From Chloroflexota bacterium (GTDB taxonomy: Bacteria > Chloroflexota > UBA11872 > VXNJ01), in the NCBI GenBank assembly GCA_965218195.1, contig OZ244593.1, forward strand, positions 1,204,873 to 1,268,872: a stretch of 64,000 nt of DNA, written 5' to 3'. The notes under the pieces are model-generated. The model did no database searches and was not told where the DNA came from. It worked only from the letters and a program-made list of their open reading frames with translations. A program made the position numbers and the translations under genes. Below are positions 9,245 to 19,955 of the stretch, piece after piece. How positions within the stretch are numbered: position 1 is the stretch's first letter; each line of letters begins with the position of its first letter.

Positions 9245-10540
9245 ATGAGCGTGGTTTGCGTGATCGGGACACAGTGGGGCGATGAGGGCAAGGGCAAGAT
9301 CGCCGATCTCCTTGCCGAACGAGCCGACTATGTAATTCGTTTCCAGGGAGGCGACAACGCCGGTCACTCCGTCGTCAACGACGTCGGCGACTTTGGCCTG
9401 CATCTGGTGCCGGAGGGGATCTTCCGCGAGAACGCAATCAACGTCCTCGGTCCGGGAACCGTTGTCAACCCCGATGCTCTCCTCAAGGAGATCGACGACC
9501 TTCGGGGCCGCATTCCGGGAGTGGATTTCGAAGCCCGGTTCCGGATAGCCGAGCGAGCCCACGTCGTAATGCCCTACCACGTGGCCCTGGACGGCGCACT
9601 CGAAACCAGCCGCGGCGCCATGGTTCAGGGCAGCACAAAACGCGGCATCGCCCCCGTTTATTCAGATAAGGCGGCGCGGTCGGGAGTGCGCATCGGCGAC
9701 CTGCTGGCGTCCGATTATCTGCGCGAGTATCTGCCGCATATCGTCGAAGCCAAGAACCGCTTGCTCGAATCGGTTTACGGCATCGAGCCAATCGACCTGG
9801 ACGTGTTGATTGAAAAATGCCGGGAATGGGGCGAGGCGCTGCGGCCCTATGTCGTGGACACGTTCCCGATGGTTCAGGGCGCGCTGGCGGCTGACAAAAA
9901 CATTCTGCTGATCGGCCAGTTGGGAATCATGCGCGACCTCGACTGGGGACACTACCCCTACGTTACCTCGTCAACTCCGACGGCCGCGGGCGCCTGCGTG
10001 AGCCTTGGCATCCCGCCTAACCAGATAGGCACGGTGGTCGGCGTTGTGAAGGCTTTCACGTCTTCCGTCGGCGAAGGACCGTTTCCAACGGAGCAGGACA
10101 ACGAGATCGGTAACACGCTTCGAACCAAAGGCGATGAATTCGGCGTCTCGACCGGACGCCCCCGCCGCTGCGGATGGCTGGACCTGGTGGCTGTAAACCA
10201 CGCGGTGGCGATCAACGGCCCCGCCAGCATCGCGCTGACCAAGATCGACATGCTGGACGGGTTCGATCCCGTGGTGTTCGCGAAAGCCTACCGGCTGAAC
10301 GGGAACACCATCGACGCCGTGCCCGATACGCGAGTCCTGGAGACCGTCGAGCCCGTTTACGATTCCGTGGCCGGTTGGGACGAGGAGACCGGCGGCGTTC
10401 GGACCTGGGACGACCTGCCGGCAAACGCTCGCCGCTATGTAGAGCGCGTCGAAGAGGTTGTTGGAGTTCCTGTTTCACTTGTGGGAACCGGCAGACACCG
10501 CGATCACGTTATCGTGCGCGACCTTCCAGAAGGCTGGTAG
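9245..10540 (+). CDS. purA: Adenylosuccinate synthetase.
   Basis: VVCVIGTQWGDEGKGKIADLL P-loop, GGDNAGHSV and the overall 431-aa length are typical PurA. Confidence 0.95.
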   Translation: MSVVCVIGTQWGDEGKGKIADLLAERADYVIRFQGGDNAGHSVVNDVGDFGLHLVPEGIFRENAINVLGPGTVVNPDALLKEIDDLRGRIPGVDFEARFRIAERAHVVMPYHVALDGALETSRGAMVQGSTKRGIAPVYSDKAARSGVRIGDLLASDYLREYLPHIVEAKNRLLESVYGIEPIDLDVLIEKCREWGEALRPYVVDTFPMVQGALAADKNILLIGQLGIMRDLDWGHYPYVTSSTPTAAGACVSLGIPPNQIGTVVGVVKAFTSSVGEGPFPTEQDNEIGNTLRTKGDEFGVSTGRPRRCGWLDLVAVNHAVAINGPASIALTKIDMLDGFDPVVFAKAYRLNGNTIDAVPDTRVLETVEPVYDSVAGWDEETGGVRTWDDLPANARRYVERVEEVVGVPVSLVGTGRHRDHVIVRDLPEGW

Positions 10541-10578
10541 CTTCGCGGTGTTGACAGAAGGAGCGGCGCTTACTCGTC

Positions 10579-10652
10579 ATGCCCGACTTGATCGGGCATC
10601 CAGGGGATGGGGCGCGCGGATCCTGTAGGGGCGGTTCGCGAACCGCCCCTAC
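10579..10652 (+). terminator. Two GC-rich hairpins downstream of purA. One is atgcccga-cttga-tcgggcat at 10579-10599. The other is the 28-bp perfect palindrome GTAGGGGCGGTTCGCGAACCGCCCCTAC at 10625-10652. They may act as a terminator or as repeat elements.
   Basis: Inverted repeats read directly from the sequence. No U-run follows, which is common in high-GC genomes. The second palindrome belongs to a repeat family also seen at 61.6 and 61.98 kb. Confidence 0.4.
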
Positions 10653-10687
10653 TCGCTGTCTAGCATCTGGTGAACCAGCACGGATAG

Positions 10688-10717
10688 TTTCCGAATCCGC
10701 CGGCAGCCGCGTATAAT
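10688..10717 (+). promoter_or_regulatory. Candidate sigma70-like promoter for the pyr operon: -35 TTTCCG, 18-nt spacer, -10 TATAAT at 10712-10717.
   Basis: A perfect TATAAT hexamer lies about 115 nt upstream of pyrR, with a weak -35 at suitable spacing. No other support. Confidence 0.35.
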
Positions 10718-10726
10718 TTCCTCGGT

Positions 10727-10756
10727 CCTTTAATCCAGCCCCGCGAGGCGGAAAGG
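10727..10756 (+). ncRNA. PyrR-binding loop (pyr attenuator RNA element) in the pyrR leader.
   Basis: The RNA CCUUUAAUCCAGCCCCGCGAGGCGGAAAGG has the UCCAG...GAGGC core of the PyrR binding-loop consensus (ARUCCNGNGAGGYU) embedded in a CCUUU/AAAGG stem. It sits in the leader of pyrR and is followed by a terminator. Confidence 0.6.
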
Positions 10757-10789
10757 AATCAGGGATAGCAATGCCCTTGAGTGCAATAG

Positions 10790-11401
<612 letters not shown>

Positions 11402-11404
11402 TCT

Positions 11405-12340
11405 ATGCCACTCAATCGCAAGCATCTCCTCGACCTCGACGACTTTTCGAGAGACGAGATAACGCATGTCCTCGACACGGCCGAGTCGATGTCGGAGATT
11501 CTCGCCAGGCCCATCTCACGGGTGCCCACTCTGCGCGGAAAGACGATCATCAACATCTTCTTCGAGGCGAGCACGCGCACCCGGGTCTCGTTTGAGCTCG
11601 CCGGCAAGTATCTGAGCGCCGACGTTATAAACGTGGCGGCGTCCGGCAGCAGCGTGGAAAAGGGCGAATCGCTTGTCGACACGCTGCGGACCATTCAGGC
11701 GCTGGGCGCCGACATGGTCGTCATGCGGCACAGCAAGTCAGGCGCTCCCTATCTTGCCGTCGACGAACTCGAATGCTCGGTCATAAACGCCGGCGACGGC
11801 TGGCACGCGCATCCGAGTCAGGCGCTGCTCGACCTGTTTACCGTCCGGCGAAAGCTCGGCGATCTGGAGGGCAGGAAGCTGGTTATCGTCGGCGACATCC
11901 TCCACAGCCGCGTCGCGCGATCGAACATCTGGGGATTTACGCGCATGGGAACGCGCGTCGTCCTGTGCGGTCCGGCGACCTTGCTCCCACCGGGTTTTGA
12001 AGACATGTGCGACGCTAACGGACTCCTCTCGATAGAGCTGGACGCCGACAAGGCAATCGACGGCGCGGACATCGTTATGGCGCTGCGCATCCAAAAAGAG
12101 CGAATGGAAGGCGGCTTGCTGCCCGACCTCCGGGAATACTCCAACCTTTACGGAGTCAACCGAAAGCGCCTCGCAAACGCCAGTCCCACGGTCCTCGTGA
12201 TGCATCCGGGGCCAATGAATCAAGGCGTCGAAATATCGCCGGAAGTGGCTTACGGCCCTAATTCGATCGTGGAAGACCAGGTCGCCAACGGACTCGCCAT
12301 CAGAATGGCCATCTTCTATCTGCTGGCCGGAGGAAGATAG
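11405..12340 (+). CDS. pyrB: Aspartate carbamoyltransferase catalytic subunit.
   Basis: STRTRVSFE carbamoyl-phosphate binding motif, HPSQALLD and HPGP motifs, 311 aa. Confidence 0.95.
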   Translation: MPLNRKHLLDLDDFSRDEITHVLDTAESMSEILARPISRVPTLRGKTIINIFFEASTRTRVSFELAGKYLSADVINVAASGSSVEKGESLVDTLRTIQALGADMVVMRHSKSGAPYLAVDELECSVINAGDGWHAHPSQALLDLFTVRRKLGDLEGRKLVIVGDILHSRVARSNIWGFTRMGTRVVLCGPATLLPPGFEDMCDANGLLSIELDADKAIDGADIVMALRIQKERMEGGLLPDLREYSNLYGVNRKRLANASPTVLVMHPGPMNQGVEISPEVAYGPNSIVEDQVANGLAIRMAIFYLLAGGR

Positions 12341-12345
12341 TTTCC

Positions 12346-13704
12346 GTGCGCAACGAGACTCGCGACCTGCTCATCCGCGGCGGCAGGGTTATCGACCCCG
12401 CCTCCAATCGCGACGAAGTTTGCGACGTCCTGATCAGAGACGGCCTGATTGAGCAGGTCGGCCCCAAACTCGGGTTGCCCGACGGCGCTTCGGAGCTACC
12501 GGCCGAAGGCCTTGTCGTGGCTCCGGGTTTCGTGGACCCTCACTGCCATTTGCGGCAGCCCGGTTACGAATACAAAGAGACCATAGCCACCGGAACCGCC
12601 GCCGCCGCCGCGGGAGGATTCACCACGGTTTGCGCAATGGCCAACACCAAGCCCGCCGTCGACACAAGGGCGACGCTGGAAACCGTATATGAGATCGCCT
12701 CCGGTCAGGGATCGGTTCACGTCTACTCGCTAGCCGCGATCACGATGGGACTCGAAGGCAAACAGCTAGTCCAGATGGGCGAGCTAAGCGAGGCGGGCGC
12801 GGTCGGATTTTCGGACGATGGAATATCCGTGGCGAGTCCGGCGCTGATGCGCCACGCGCTCGAATACGCCAAACGGTTCGACCGGCCCGTCGCCAACCAC
12901 TGCGAGGACCCCGCGTTGACGGCGGGCGCCGCCATGAACGAAGGCCCCGTTTCCATGCGCCTCGGGCTGACAGCGACCCCGGTACAGGCCGAGGAAGTAA
13001 TCGTTGCGCGCGATCTGGCGCTCTCCGAACTGACAGGCGGCCCGTATCATGCGCTGCACGTCAGCGCCGCGCGGTCCGTGGATTTGATACGCAGCGCGAA
13101 AGATCGCGGAGTAAACGTCACGGCCGAGGTAACTCCGCACCATCTCACGCTCACCGATGAAATCGTTGCCGGACGCTGGGACCCCATTAGCGCGTCCCTC
13201 CGGCCGTACGATCCGGTCACCAGGGTCAATCCGCCTCTCCGGTCGGCGGAGGACGTCCAGGCATTGCGAGAGGGGCTTGCTTCCGGCGCCATCGACTGCA
13301 TAGGCACCGATCACGCTCCGCACGCCGGCCACGAGAAGCACATGGAATATGCCGAAGCCGCGCCGGGAATCTCGGGCCTGGAAACCGCCTTCGGCGCGCT
13401 CATGCAGCTCGTTCACGGCGGCGACATCGATTTGCCGCGGTTGATCAAGCGCCTGACTCGGGGGGCCAGGGTGTACCGGCTGCCGCGCGGCTCCCTCGCC
13501 GGCGGAGCGGCCGGTGACGTAGTCGTGCTCGACCCCGAACGAGAGTGGGTTGTCGACGCCGCGGCTTTCAAATCGCGAGGCAAAAACTCTCCGTTCCACG
13601 GGCTGACCTTCCGCGGAAGGGTCCTCAAGACGATCTGTGACGGCCGCGTTGTATTCGATCTGAACGAAGATCCGGTCGAGACGGTAGGTGCGCTTGGCAT
13701 CTAG
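12346..13704 (+). CDS. pyrC: Dihydroorotase (class I, long form).
   Basis: DPHCHLR metal-binding motif, amidohydrolase fold, 452 aa. Operon position is between pyrB and carA. Confidence 0.9.
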   Translation: MRNETRDLLIRGGRVIDPASNRDEVCDVLIRDGLIEQVGPKLGLPDGASELPAEGLVVAPGFVDPHCHLRQPGYEYKETIATGTAAAAAGGFTTVCAMANTKPAVDTRATLETVYEIASGQGSVHVYSLAAITMGLEGKQLVQMGELSEAGAVGFSDDGISVASPALMRHALEYAKRFDRPVANHCEDPALTAGAAMNEGPVSMRLGLTATPVQAEEVIVARDLALSELTGGPYHALHVSAARSVDLIRSAKDRGVNVTAEVTPHHLTLTDEIVAGRWDPISASLRPYDPVTRVNPPLRSAEDVQALREGLASGAIDCIGTDHAPHAGHEKHMEYAEAAPGISGLETAFGALMQLVHGGDIDLPRLIKRLTRGARVYRLPRGSLAGGAAGDVVVLDPEREWVVDAAAFKSRGKNSPFHGLTFRGRVLKTICDGRVVFDLNEDPVETVGALGI

Positions 13705-14893
13705 GCGCCGGGCGGTCCTTTCCCTGGAGACTGGCGAGCACTTTTTCGGGTTTGGGTTCGGGGCCGATACCGAAGCGGCCGGTGAGCTTGTGTTCAACAC
13801 CAGCATGACCGGCTACCAGGAAATCTCGACGGACGCCTCCTACGAGGGGCAAATCGTCACCCTCACCTATCCACTGATCAACAACTACGGAGCCAATCCG
13901 CTCGATGTCGAATCACGGCGGCCATGGATCGCCGGCCTGATCGTCCGGGAGCTGTCCCCGACGAGCAGCAACTGGCGCGCCAGCGAGAGCCTCGACGCGA
14001 CCTTGCAACGTGCCGGCATTCCGGGACTCTCAGGCATCGATACGCGCAAGCTCGTCCGAATTCTGCGGTCCGGGGGAGTGCGTCGAGCCGTGCTGACAAG
14101 CTTTCGCGCTGAAGAGATTCCCCATATCAGCGACTTTGAATGGATGACGGGCCGCACCGAGGGCATCGAGTCGCAGCTCAACGAGCTTACGGCGCGCGCA
14201 AACTCGGTTCTGCCGCTCTCAAGTCAAAAGCTGGTCGAAAACGTAACGACGCCCGACCGCTACGCCTTCGATCACAACGGTCTGTGGGAACCTTGGCCAG
14301 CCCCTCGCGTGCGCGAATCAAGACCGCGAATCGCGCTGCTCGATTGCGGCGTGAAGGAGAGCATTCCCCGCTCGCTCGCCATCCGTGGATGTGAGGTCTC
14401 GGTGCTCCCGTACGCTTCGACGGCGAGCGACATATCCGCACTTGATCCCGACGGAGTTCTGGTAGCCAACGGCCCTGGCGATCCCGAGCAAGCGGACGCG
14501 GCGGTGACGACGATAAGCAAGCTCATCGGACGCTACCCTCTAGCCGGGATTTGTCTCGGGCATCAGCTCCTGGGACTCGCAATCGGCGCCTCGACCAGCA
14601 GGCTCAAATTCGGGCACCGGGGCGCCAATCATCCTGTAAAGGACCTGAAGACCGGGCGGGTGCACATCACGTCCCAAAACCACGGGTTCCAGGTGGACGC
14701 CAACTCCATTCCCGCCGGGAGCGGCTTTCACGTGAGCCACGTAAATATGAACGACGGCTCGGTCGAGGGACTCGCCCACGAGTCGCTTCCGGTATTTTCG
14801 ATCCAGTACCACCCGGAGGCCTCGCCCGGCCCCCAGGACAACCAGTACCTGTTCGAGCGCTTTCTCGACATGGTCGAGCGGGAACCGCTTTGA
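13688..14893 (+). CDS. carA: Carbamoyl-phosphate synthase small (glutaminase) subunit. The precise start is uncertain; the ORF overlaps the pyrC end.
   Basis: LSLETGEHFFGFGFGA N-domain, class I GATase triad region GICLGHQLLG ... HPE. Confidence 0.9.
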   Translation: MRLASRRRAVLSLETGEHFFGFGFGADTEAAGELVFNTSMTGYQEISTDASYEGQIVTLTYPLINNYGANPLDVESRRPWIAGLIVRELSPTSSNWRASESLDATLQRAGIPGLSGIDTRKLVRILRSGGVRRAVLTSFRAEEIPHISDFEWMTGRTEGIESQLNELTARANSVLPLSSQKLVENVTTPDRYAFDHNGLWEPWPAPRVRESRPRIALLDCGVKESIPRSLAIRGCEVSVLPYASTASDISALDPDGVLVANGPGDPEQADAAVTTISKLIGRYPLAGICLGHQLLGLAIGASTSRLKFGHRGANHPVKDLKTGRVHITSQNHGFQVDANSIPAGSGFHVSHVNMNDGSVEGLAHESLPVFSIQYHPEASPGPQDNQYLFERFLDMVEREPL

Positions 14894-14968
14894 AACCCGG
14901 CGTGGTTTGTTCCGTTATGCACCGGAAGCGGGCAGGAATCAGGCGGCCGTTTAAGCGGCGGGGCCGCG

Positions 14969-17900
14969 ATGCCTGACCTTGAGAAAGTCCTGATAATCGG
15001 CTCAGGCCCCATCATCATCGGGCAGGCCGCCGAGTTCGACTACGCCGGCACGCAAGCCTGCAAGGCCATGCGCGAGGAGGGCATCACCTCCGTACTCGTC
15101 AACTCCAACCCGGCCACGATCATGACCGACGAAGACATCGCCGACATCGTTTATATCGAGCCGCTAACCGTCGAGGTCATCGAGCGAATAATCGAAATGG
15201 AGCGGCCAGACGGACTCTTGCCGACCCTGGGAGGACAGACGGGCCTCAACCTTGCCAAGGCCCTGAGCGACGCCGGCATCCTCGAGAAATACGGCGTGCG
15301 GGTGCTGGGGACTTCCATTGAAGCCATTGAGCGCGCCGAGGACAGAGACCGCTTTCGAAGCCTGATGCGAGAGATTGGCGAGCCTATCCCAGGCAGCGGC
15401 AGCGTCGGGTCGCTTCCCGAGGCCTGGGAAGTCGCTTCCGAACTCGGGTTCCCGCTGATCATCCGCCCGGCCTACACGCTGGGCGGCACGGGTGGCGGCA
15501 TTGCCCGAAACGCCGACCAGTTCGACTCGGTGGTAACCCTCGGTCTGGACACGAGCCCAATCGGTCAGGTGCTTGTGGAGGAGTATCTGGACGGCTGGAA
15601 AGAGATCGAATACGAGGTCATGCGTGACGCCGCGGACAACTGCATAACCGTATGCAACATGGAAAACCTCGATCCAATGGGCGTCCATACGGGCGACTCG
15701 GTTGTCATCGCTCCCAGCCAAACGCTGAGCGACAAGGAGTACCAGATGCTCCGCTCGGCGTCGCTGAAGATCATCAGATCGTTGCGGATCGAGGGCGGCT
15801 GCAACATCCAGTTCGGCCTCGATCCCGAGTCGTTCGATTACTGCGTGATCGAGGTAAATCCTCGGGTGAGCCGGTCGTCGGCGCTGGCGTCGAAGGCCAC
15901 CGGATACCCGATAGCGCGAATAGCAGCCAAGATCGCCGTCGGCAAACGGCTCGATGAAATCGCCAATCCGATTACCCGCGAGACGACCGCCGCCTTCGAA
16001 CCCGCTCTCGATTACGTGGTGCTCAAGATTCCGAGATGGCCTTTCGATAAATTCCCCGCCGGCGACCGCAATCTGGGTTCTCAGATGAAGGCCACGGGCG
16101 AAGTTATGGCGATCGAGCGTACGGTCGAGGCTGCCCTGAACAAGGCCGTCCGGGGTATGGAGCTCGGCGGCCGCACCCTGCTCTGGCAAGATGCCTCCTG
16201 GGCCGACGAGGTGACGGCCTGGCGGCTGGTCGAGAACCCCAACGACCAGCGTCTTTGGGCCATTATGGCCGTCCTGCGCCAAGGCGCGTCGCCCGAAGAA
16301 ATCGCCCGCCGCTCCCGAATAGACGTCTTCTTTATCGAGAAGATGGCCAACATCTACCGAATGGAGCTGCGGCTGCTCGAGGAACCGCTCGACGCCGGCC
16401 TGATGTGGGAGTCGAAGCGGCTGGGGTTTTCGGACGCGATGATCGGCGAGCTGAGTGGCGAACTGCCAATGCGCGTCAGGGAGATGCGCGCCGATTGGGG
16501 GCTGCGCCCCACGTACAAGATCGTGGACACTTGCGCCGCTGAATTCGAAGCCTATACGCCGTACTACTACAGCGCTTACGAGATGGAAAACGAGGCTCAC
16601 GCTTCCGACCGCCCCACAGCCGTGGTCATCGGGTCCGGACCCATTCGAATCGGCCAGGGCATCGAATTCGACTACTGCAGCGTTCACTCCGCGTGGGCGT
16701 TGGAGGAAGCCGGATTCCGAAGCGTGATAATCAACAGCAACCCCGAAACCGTCAGCACCGATTTCGACACGTCCAGCCGCCTTTACTTTGAGGCTCTGGA
16801 TGAGGAAAGCGTCGCCGACGTGATCGAAAACGAGACCAACGGCCTGCCGCCGCAGGTCGTCGTTCAGTTCGGCGGTCAGACGGCGATAAACCTGGCGTCG
16901 CCCCTTTATAGCCTGGGCGCGGTGATAGCCGGCAGCGACTTCAGCTCCATAGACATGACCGAGGACAGGGAGAAGTTCGACGCGCTGCTGGAGCGGTTGG
17001 GAATCCTGCGCCCGCCGGGCGCCACCGTGCGAAGAATCGAGGACGCGCTGGAGGTTGCCGAGCGGCTCGGATATCCGGTGCTGGCTCGTCCCTCTTACGT
17101 GCTCGGCGGCAGGGCGATGGAGATCGCCACCGACCGCGAGAGTCTCGAGCGCTACGTGACCCGGGTAACCCAGCCGTCTCCGCGGCACCCTGTGCTCATC
17201 GATAAGTATCTGGACGGAAAGGAAGTCGAAGTCGACGCCATCTCGGACGGCTCCGAAGCGCTGATTCCGGGGATCATGGAGCACATCGAGCGCGCGGGGG
17301 TCCACTCGGGCGACAGCATGGCGGTCTTCCCGGCGATGGACATCAGCGACTCGGCCCGGCTGAAAATCGTCGAGCATACCGAAAATATCTGCCGCGCCAT
17401 CGACGCCAGGGGCCTCGTGAACATCCAGTACGTCATCTGGCGCGACGAGGTCTACGTAATAGAGGTAAATCCGCGCGCGAGCCGGACGGTCCCCTTCCTG
17501 AGCAAGGTAACGGGTGTGCCCATGGTCCGGCTCGCCACCAACGTAATGCTCGGGAAAACGCTGCGCGATCTCGGATGCGAGGGCGGGCTTTTGCCAAGCC
17601 CGGACCTGGTGGCGGTAAAGGCCCCCGTGTTTTCGATGTCGAAGCTGTCGGGAGTCGATACGTTTCTCGGTCCGGAGATGAAATCGACGGGTGAGGTGAT
17701 GGGGATAGACGTGGATTTCGCGCCCGCGCTGTTCAAAGCGATGGCGGCCGCCGGGCTTGCGCTCGCGAGCGAAGGCTCCGTTCTGCTTTCCATCGCCGAC
17801 CGGGATAAACCAGAGTGCGGCGAAATCGCGGCGACGTTGTCGAAAATGGGTTACTCGCTGCTTGCGACGGAAGGCACCGCCCGATATCTCCGGGAACGGG

Positions 17901-18190
17901 GTATGGAAGTACAGACCGTCAGCAAGATGAGGACCGGAAAACCATCCGTTATCGACGCCATTCGCAGCGGTTCAACCACGCTCGTCGTAAACACGCTCAC
18001 CGGTGAGCGAGACATCCTGCAAGACGGTTTCCACATGCGGCGCGCGGCCGCCGAATCGCACGTCCCGTGCCTGACCTCGGTAGATACCGCCCGCGCCTTG
18101 GCGAGCGCGCTCGCCACCGGCCGGCAGGGCTATCGAGTGATGCCGCTTGCTGACTACACAAGCTCAGCGCGCGGAGCTAACGCCGGCTGA
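14969..18190 (+). CDS. carB: Carbamoyl-phosphate synthase large subunit.
   Basis: 1073 aa with duplicated ATP-grasp halves ([25 protein letters not shown] and [19 protein letters not shown]) and a C-terminal MGS-like domain. Confidence 0.95.
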   Translation: MPDLEKVLIIGSGPIIIGQAAEFDYAGTQACKAMREEGITSVLVNSNPATIMTDEDIADIVYIEPLTVEVIERIIEMERPDGLLPTLGGQTGLNLAKALSDAGILEKYGVRVLGTSIEAIERAEDRDRFRSLMREIGEPIPGSGSVGSLPEAWEVASELGFPLIIRPAYTLGGTGGGIARNADQFDSVVTLGLDTSPIGQVLVEEYLDGWKEIEYEVMRDAADNCITVCNMENLDPMGVHTGDSVVIAPSQTLSDKEYQMLRSASLKIIRSLRIEGGCNIQFGLDPESFDYCVIEVNPRVSRSSALASKATGYPIARIAAKIAVGKRLDEIANPITRETTAAFEPALDYVVLKIPRWPFDKFPAGDRNLGSQMKATGEVMAIERTVEAALNKAVRGMELGGRTLLWQDASWADEVTAWRLVENPNDQRLWAIMAVLRQGASPEEIARRSRIDVFFIEKMANIYRMELRLLEEPLDAGLMWESKRLGFSDAMIGELSGELPMRVREMRADWGLRPTYKIVDTCAAEFEAYTPYYYSAYEMENEAHASDRPTAVVIGSGPIRIGQGIEFDYCSVHSAWALEEAGFRSVIINSNPETVSTDFDTSSRLYFEALDEESVADVIENETNGLPPQVVVQFGGQTAINLASPLYSLGAVIAGSDFSSIDMTEDREKFDALLERLGILRPPGATVRRIEDALEVAERLGYPVLARPSYVLGGRAMEIATDRESLERYVTRVTQPSPRHPVLIDKYLDGKEVEVDAISDGSEALIPGIMEHIERAGVHSGDSMAVFPAMDISDSARLKIVEHTENICRAIDARGLVNIQYVIWRDEVYVIEVNPRASRTVPFLSKVTGVPMVRLATNVMLGKTLRDLGCEGGLLPSPDLVAVKAPVFSMSKLSGVDTFLGPEMKSTGEVMGIDVDFAPALFKAMAAAGLALASEGSVLLSIADRDKPECGEIAATLSKMGYSLLATEGTARYLRERGMEVQTVSKMRTGKPSVIDAIRSGSTTLVVNTLTGERDILQDGFHMRRAAAESHVPCLTSVDTARALASALATGRQGYRVMPLADYTSSARGANAG

Positions 18191-18993
18191 TGCCGGTCCT
18201 TGCGCCGGCTCGGGTCACGAGCAACGCGCAAATCTCGGACATCCTGTACTGGATCACCTTTCAATCTCCGGAGATAGTCTCGTCGTCGCGCCCCGGGCAG
18301 TTCGTGCACATGATCAACTCGGACTCGCAAGACCCGCTGCTCCGGCGTCCCTACAGCCTGTCGGCAATCGACTCACAGTCGGCGCGCGCGTCGATCCTCT
18401 ACCACGCGGTGGGCCGGGGTTCGGAGTGGCTTGCGCGGCGGCGGCCGGGCGATCTCGTAGATTCGCTGGGCCCGTTGGGCAGCACGTTCGAATTCGCCCC
18501 CGGCTCCCAGCGCATCCTGATGATCGGCGGAGGCATCGGCATGGGACCGCTGATCGCGCTCGCCGGCGACGCCGAGACCGCGGGCATCGAGTGCGTGATG
18601 CTAAATGGGGCCAGGACGGCCGAGGGACTCGTCCCACCCGAGTTCATTCCCGTATCGACGGAGTTCCACACCGCTACCGACGATGGCAGTTTCGGCGCGA
18701 GGGGCAGCGTCGTCGATCTCGTCGAATACTGGTTCGGCTGGTGCGATCAGGTCTTCGCCTGCGGGCCGAACCCGATGCTGCGGGCGCTCGAAGTGAGCGT
18801 AAGACGACTGAGTCCCGTCCGTTCCTCGGCGCGGAAGCCCGTTCAGATGGCTCTGGAGGCCCGGATGGCGTGCGGCGTGGGGGTCTGCTATAGCTGCGTG
18901 CATCCGACCCGCCGCGGACCGAAACGCGTATGCACCGAAGGCCCCGTATTCGACATGGGCGAATTGCTGTGGGACTGGGAATCCGGCGTCTGA
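18190..18993 (+). CDS. pyrK: Dihydroorotate dehydrogenase electron-transfer subunit (FAD / 2Fe-2S). Its ATG overlaps the carB TGA (TGATG).
   Basis: Ferredoxin-reductase-like fold with RPYS FAD-binding motif and C-terminal CGVGVCYSC [2Fe-2S] cysteines. Confidence 0.85.
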   Translation: MPVLAPARVTSNAQISDILYWITFQSPEIVSSSRPGQFVHMINSDSQDPLLRRPYSLSAIDSQSARASILYHAVGRGSEWLARRRPGDLVDSLGPLGSTFEFAPGSQRILMIGGGIGMGPLIALAGDAETAGIECVMLNGARTAEGLVPPEFIPVSTEFHTATDDGSFGARGSVVDLVEYWFGWCDQVFACGPNPMLRALEVSVRRLSPVRSSARKPVQMALEARMACGVGVCYSCVHPTRRGPKRVCTEGPVFDMGELLWDWESGV

Positions 18994-19027
18994 GCGGTCC
19001 GGATCGGTCGCGGGCGCGCGCCGCTCG

Positions 19028-19909
19028 ATGAATTCCGACGAGGCCCGGGGATTCGCTCTCATCGGCTCCGGGGCGGTTCTTCTAGGCACCGCCTCGATAC
19101 TGGTGCGCATAGCGTTCCCGATATCGGCCCTCGAAGTGGCGTTCGGGCGTCTCGCGGTGGCCGCGGTCTTCGTCGTGGCAATAGCGCTCGTCCGGTCGGA
19201 GCTGCGGGGATGGGTCCGCGACGCCCGACCTTATTCGCTGTTCGGGGCGATAATGGCGCTTCACTTCATTACGTTCGTCGGCGCGCTGGCGCTGACCTCG
19301 ATTGCTCACGCGCTATCGATCGTCTATCTGGCCCCAGCGATAATCGCGGTCGCTTCGATTCGCGTGCTCGGTGAGCGTCTTCAGCCCGCGCAGATAGCCG
19401 GTATCGGCTTGTCGATCATAGGAATAGCCGTGCTTACCGGATTCGAGCGTACGCTAACCGGGCGGATGTTCGCGGGCGATGTCCTTGCGTTCGCCTCCGC
19501 GATATTCTTCGCCGCCTATTCGATCATCGGCCGTATTCGCCGGGCCTCGATGCCCGTTTTCGCGTACACGTCGCGGGTCTATGTTTGGGCGGCCATCTGG
19601 GCGCTGCCGTTTGCGGTTTTCGGCGCCTTTTCCGACTTCGACCCCAGCGACTACACGTGGGGAAGAGCGGGGGCCATCGCGCTCAGCGGCATTCTTCCGA
19701 TTGGGATCGGGCACACGCTGTACAACGCTTCGATGCGCTACATATCGGCAACCAAGACCAATCTGGTCGCGACTCAGGAGATCACTGGCGGCGTGATTTT
19801 GGCGGCTATCGTGCTCGCCGAAATCCCAAGCGTCGTTTCAATAATCGGCGGCGCCATAAACCTGTTGGGGATATTCCTGGTAATTCTCGGTGGGCGGAGC
19901 GACGACTAA
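19028..19909 (+). CDS. EamA/DMT-family transporter (10 TM).
   Basis: 293 aa, ten hydrophobic segments arranged as two EamA-like halves. Confidence 0.6.
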   Translation: MNSDEARGFALIGSGAVLLGTASILVRIAFPISALEVAFGRLAVAAVFVVAIALVRSELRGWVRDARPYSLFGAIMALHFITFVGALALTSIAHALSIVYLAPAIIAVASIRVLGERLQPAQIAGIGLSIIGIAVLTGFERTLTGRMFAGDVLAFASAIFFAAYSIIGRIRRASMPVFAYTSRVYVWAAIWALPFAVFGAFSDFDPSDYTWGRAGAIALSGILPIGIGHTLYNASMRYISATKTNLVATQEITGGVILAAIVLAEIPSVVSIIGGAINLLGIFLVILGGRSDD

Positions 19910-19955
19910 TTCAGCGCCGTCAACCTGGCGGAGCCGCTCGTAGACGCTTCTCCGG

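Noticed and set aside
15164-17377. A 737-aa minus-strand ORF antisense to carB, and many other 60-250-aa Arg/Gly/Pro-rich ORFs throughout the window.
   Set aside because: Typical antisense or off-frame open frames of high-GC DNA. Low-complexity R/G/P/A composition, no motifs, and embedded in well-supported genes on the other strand.
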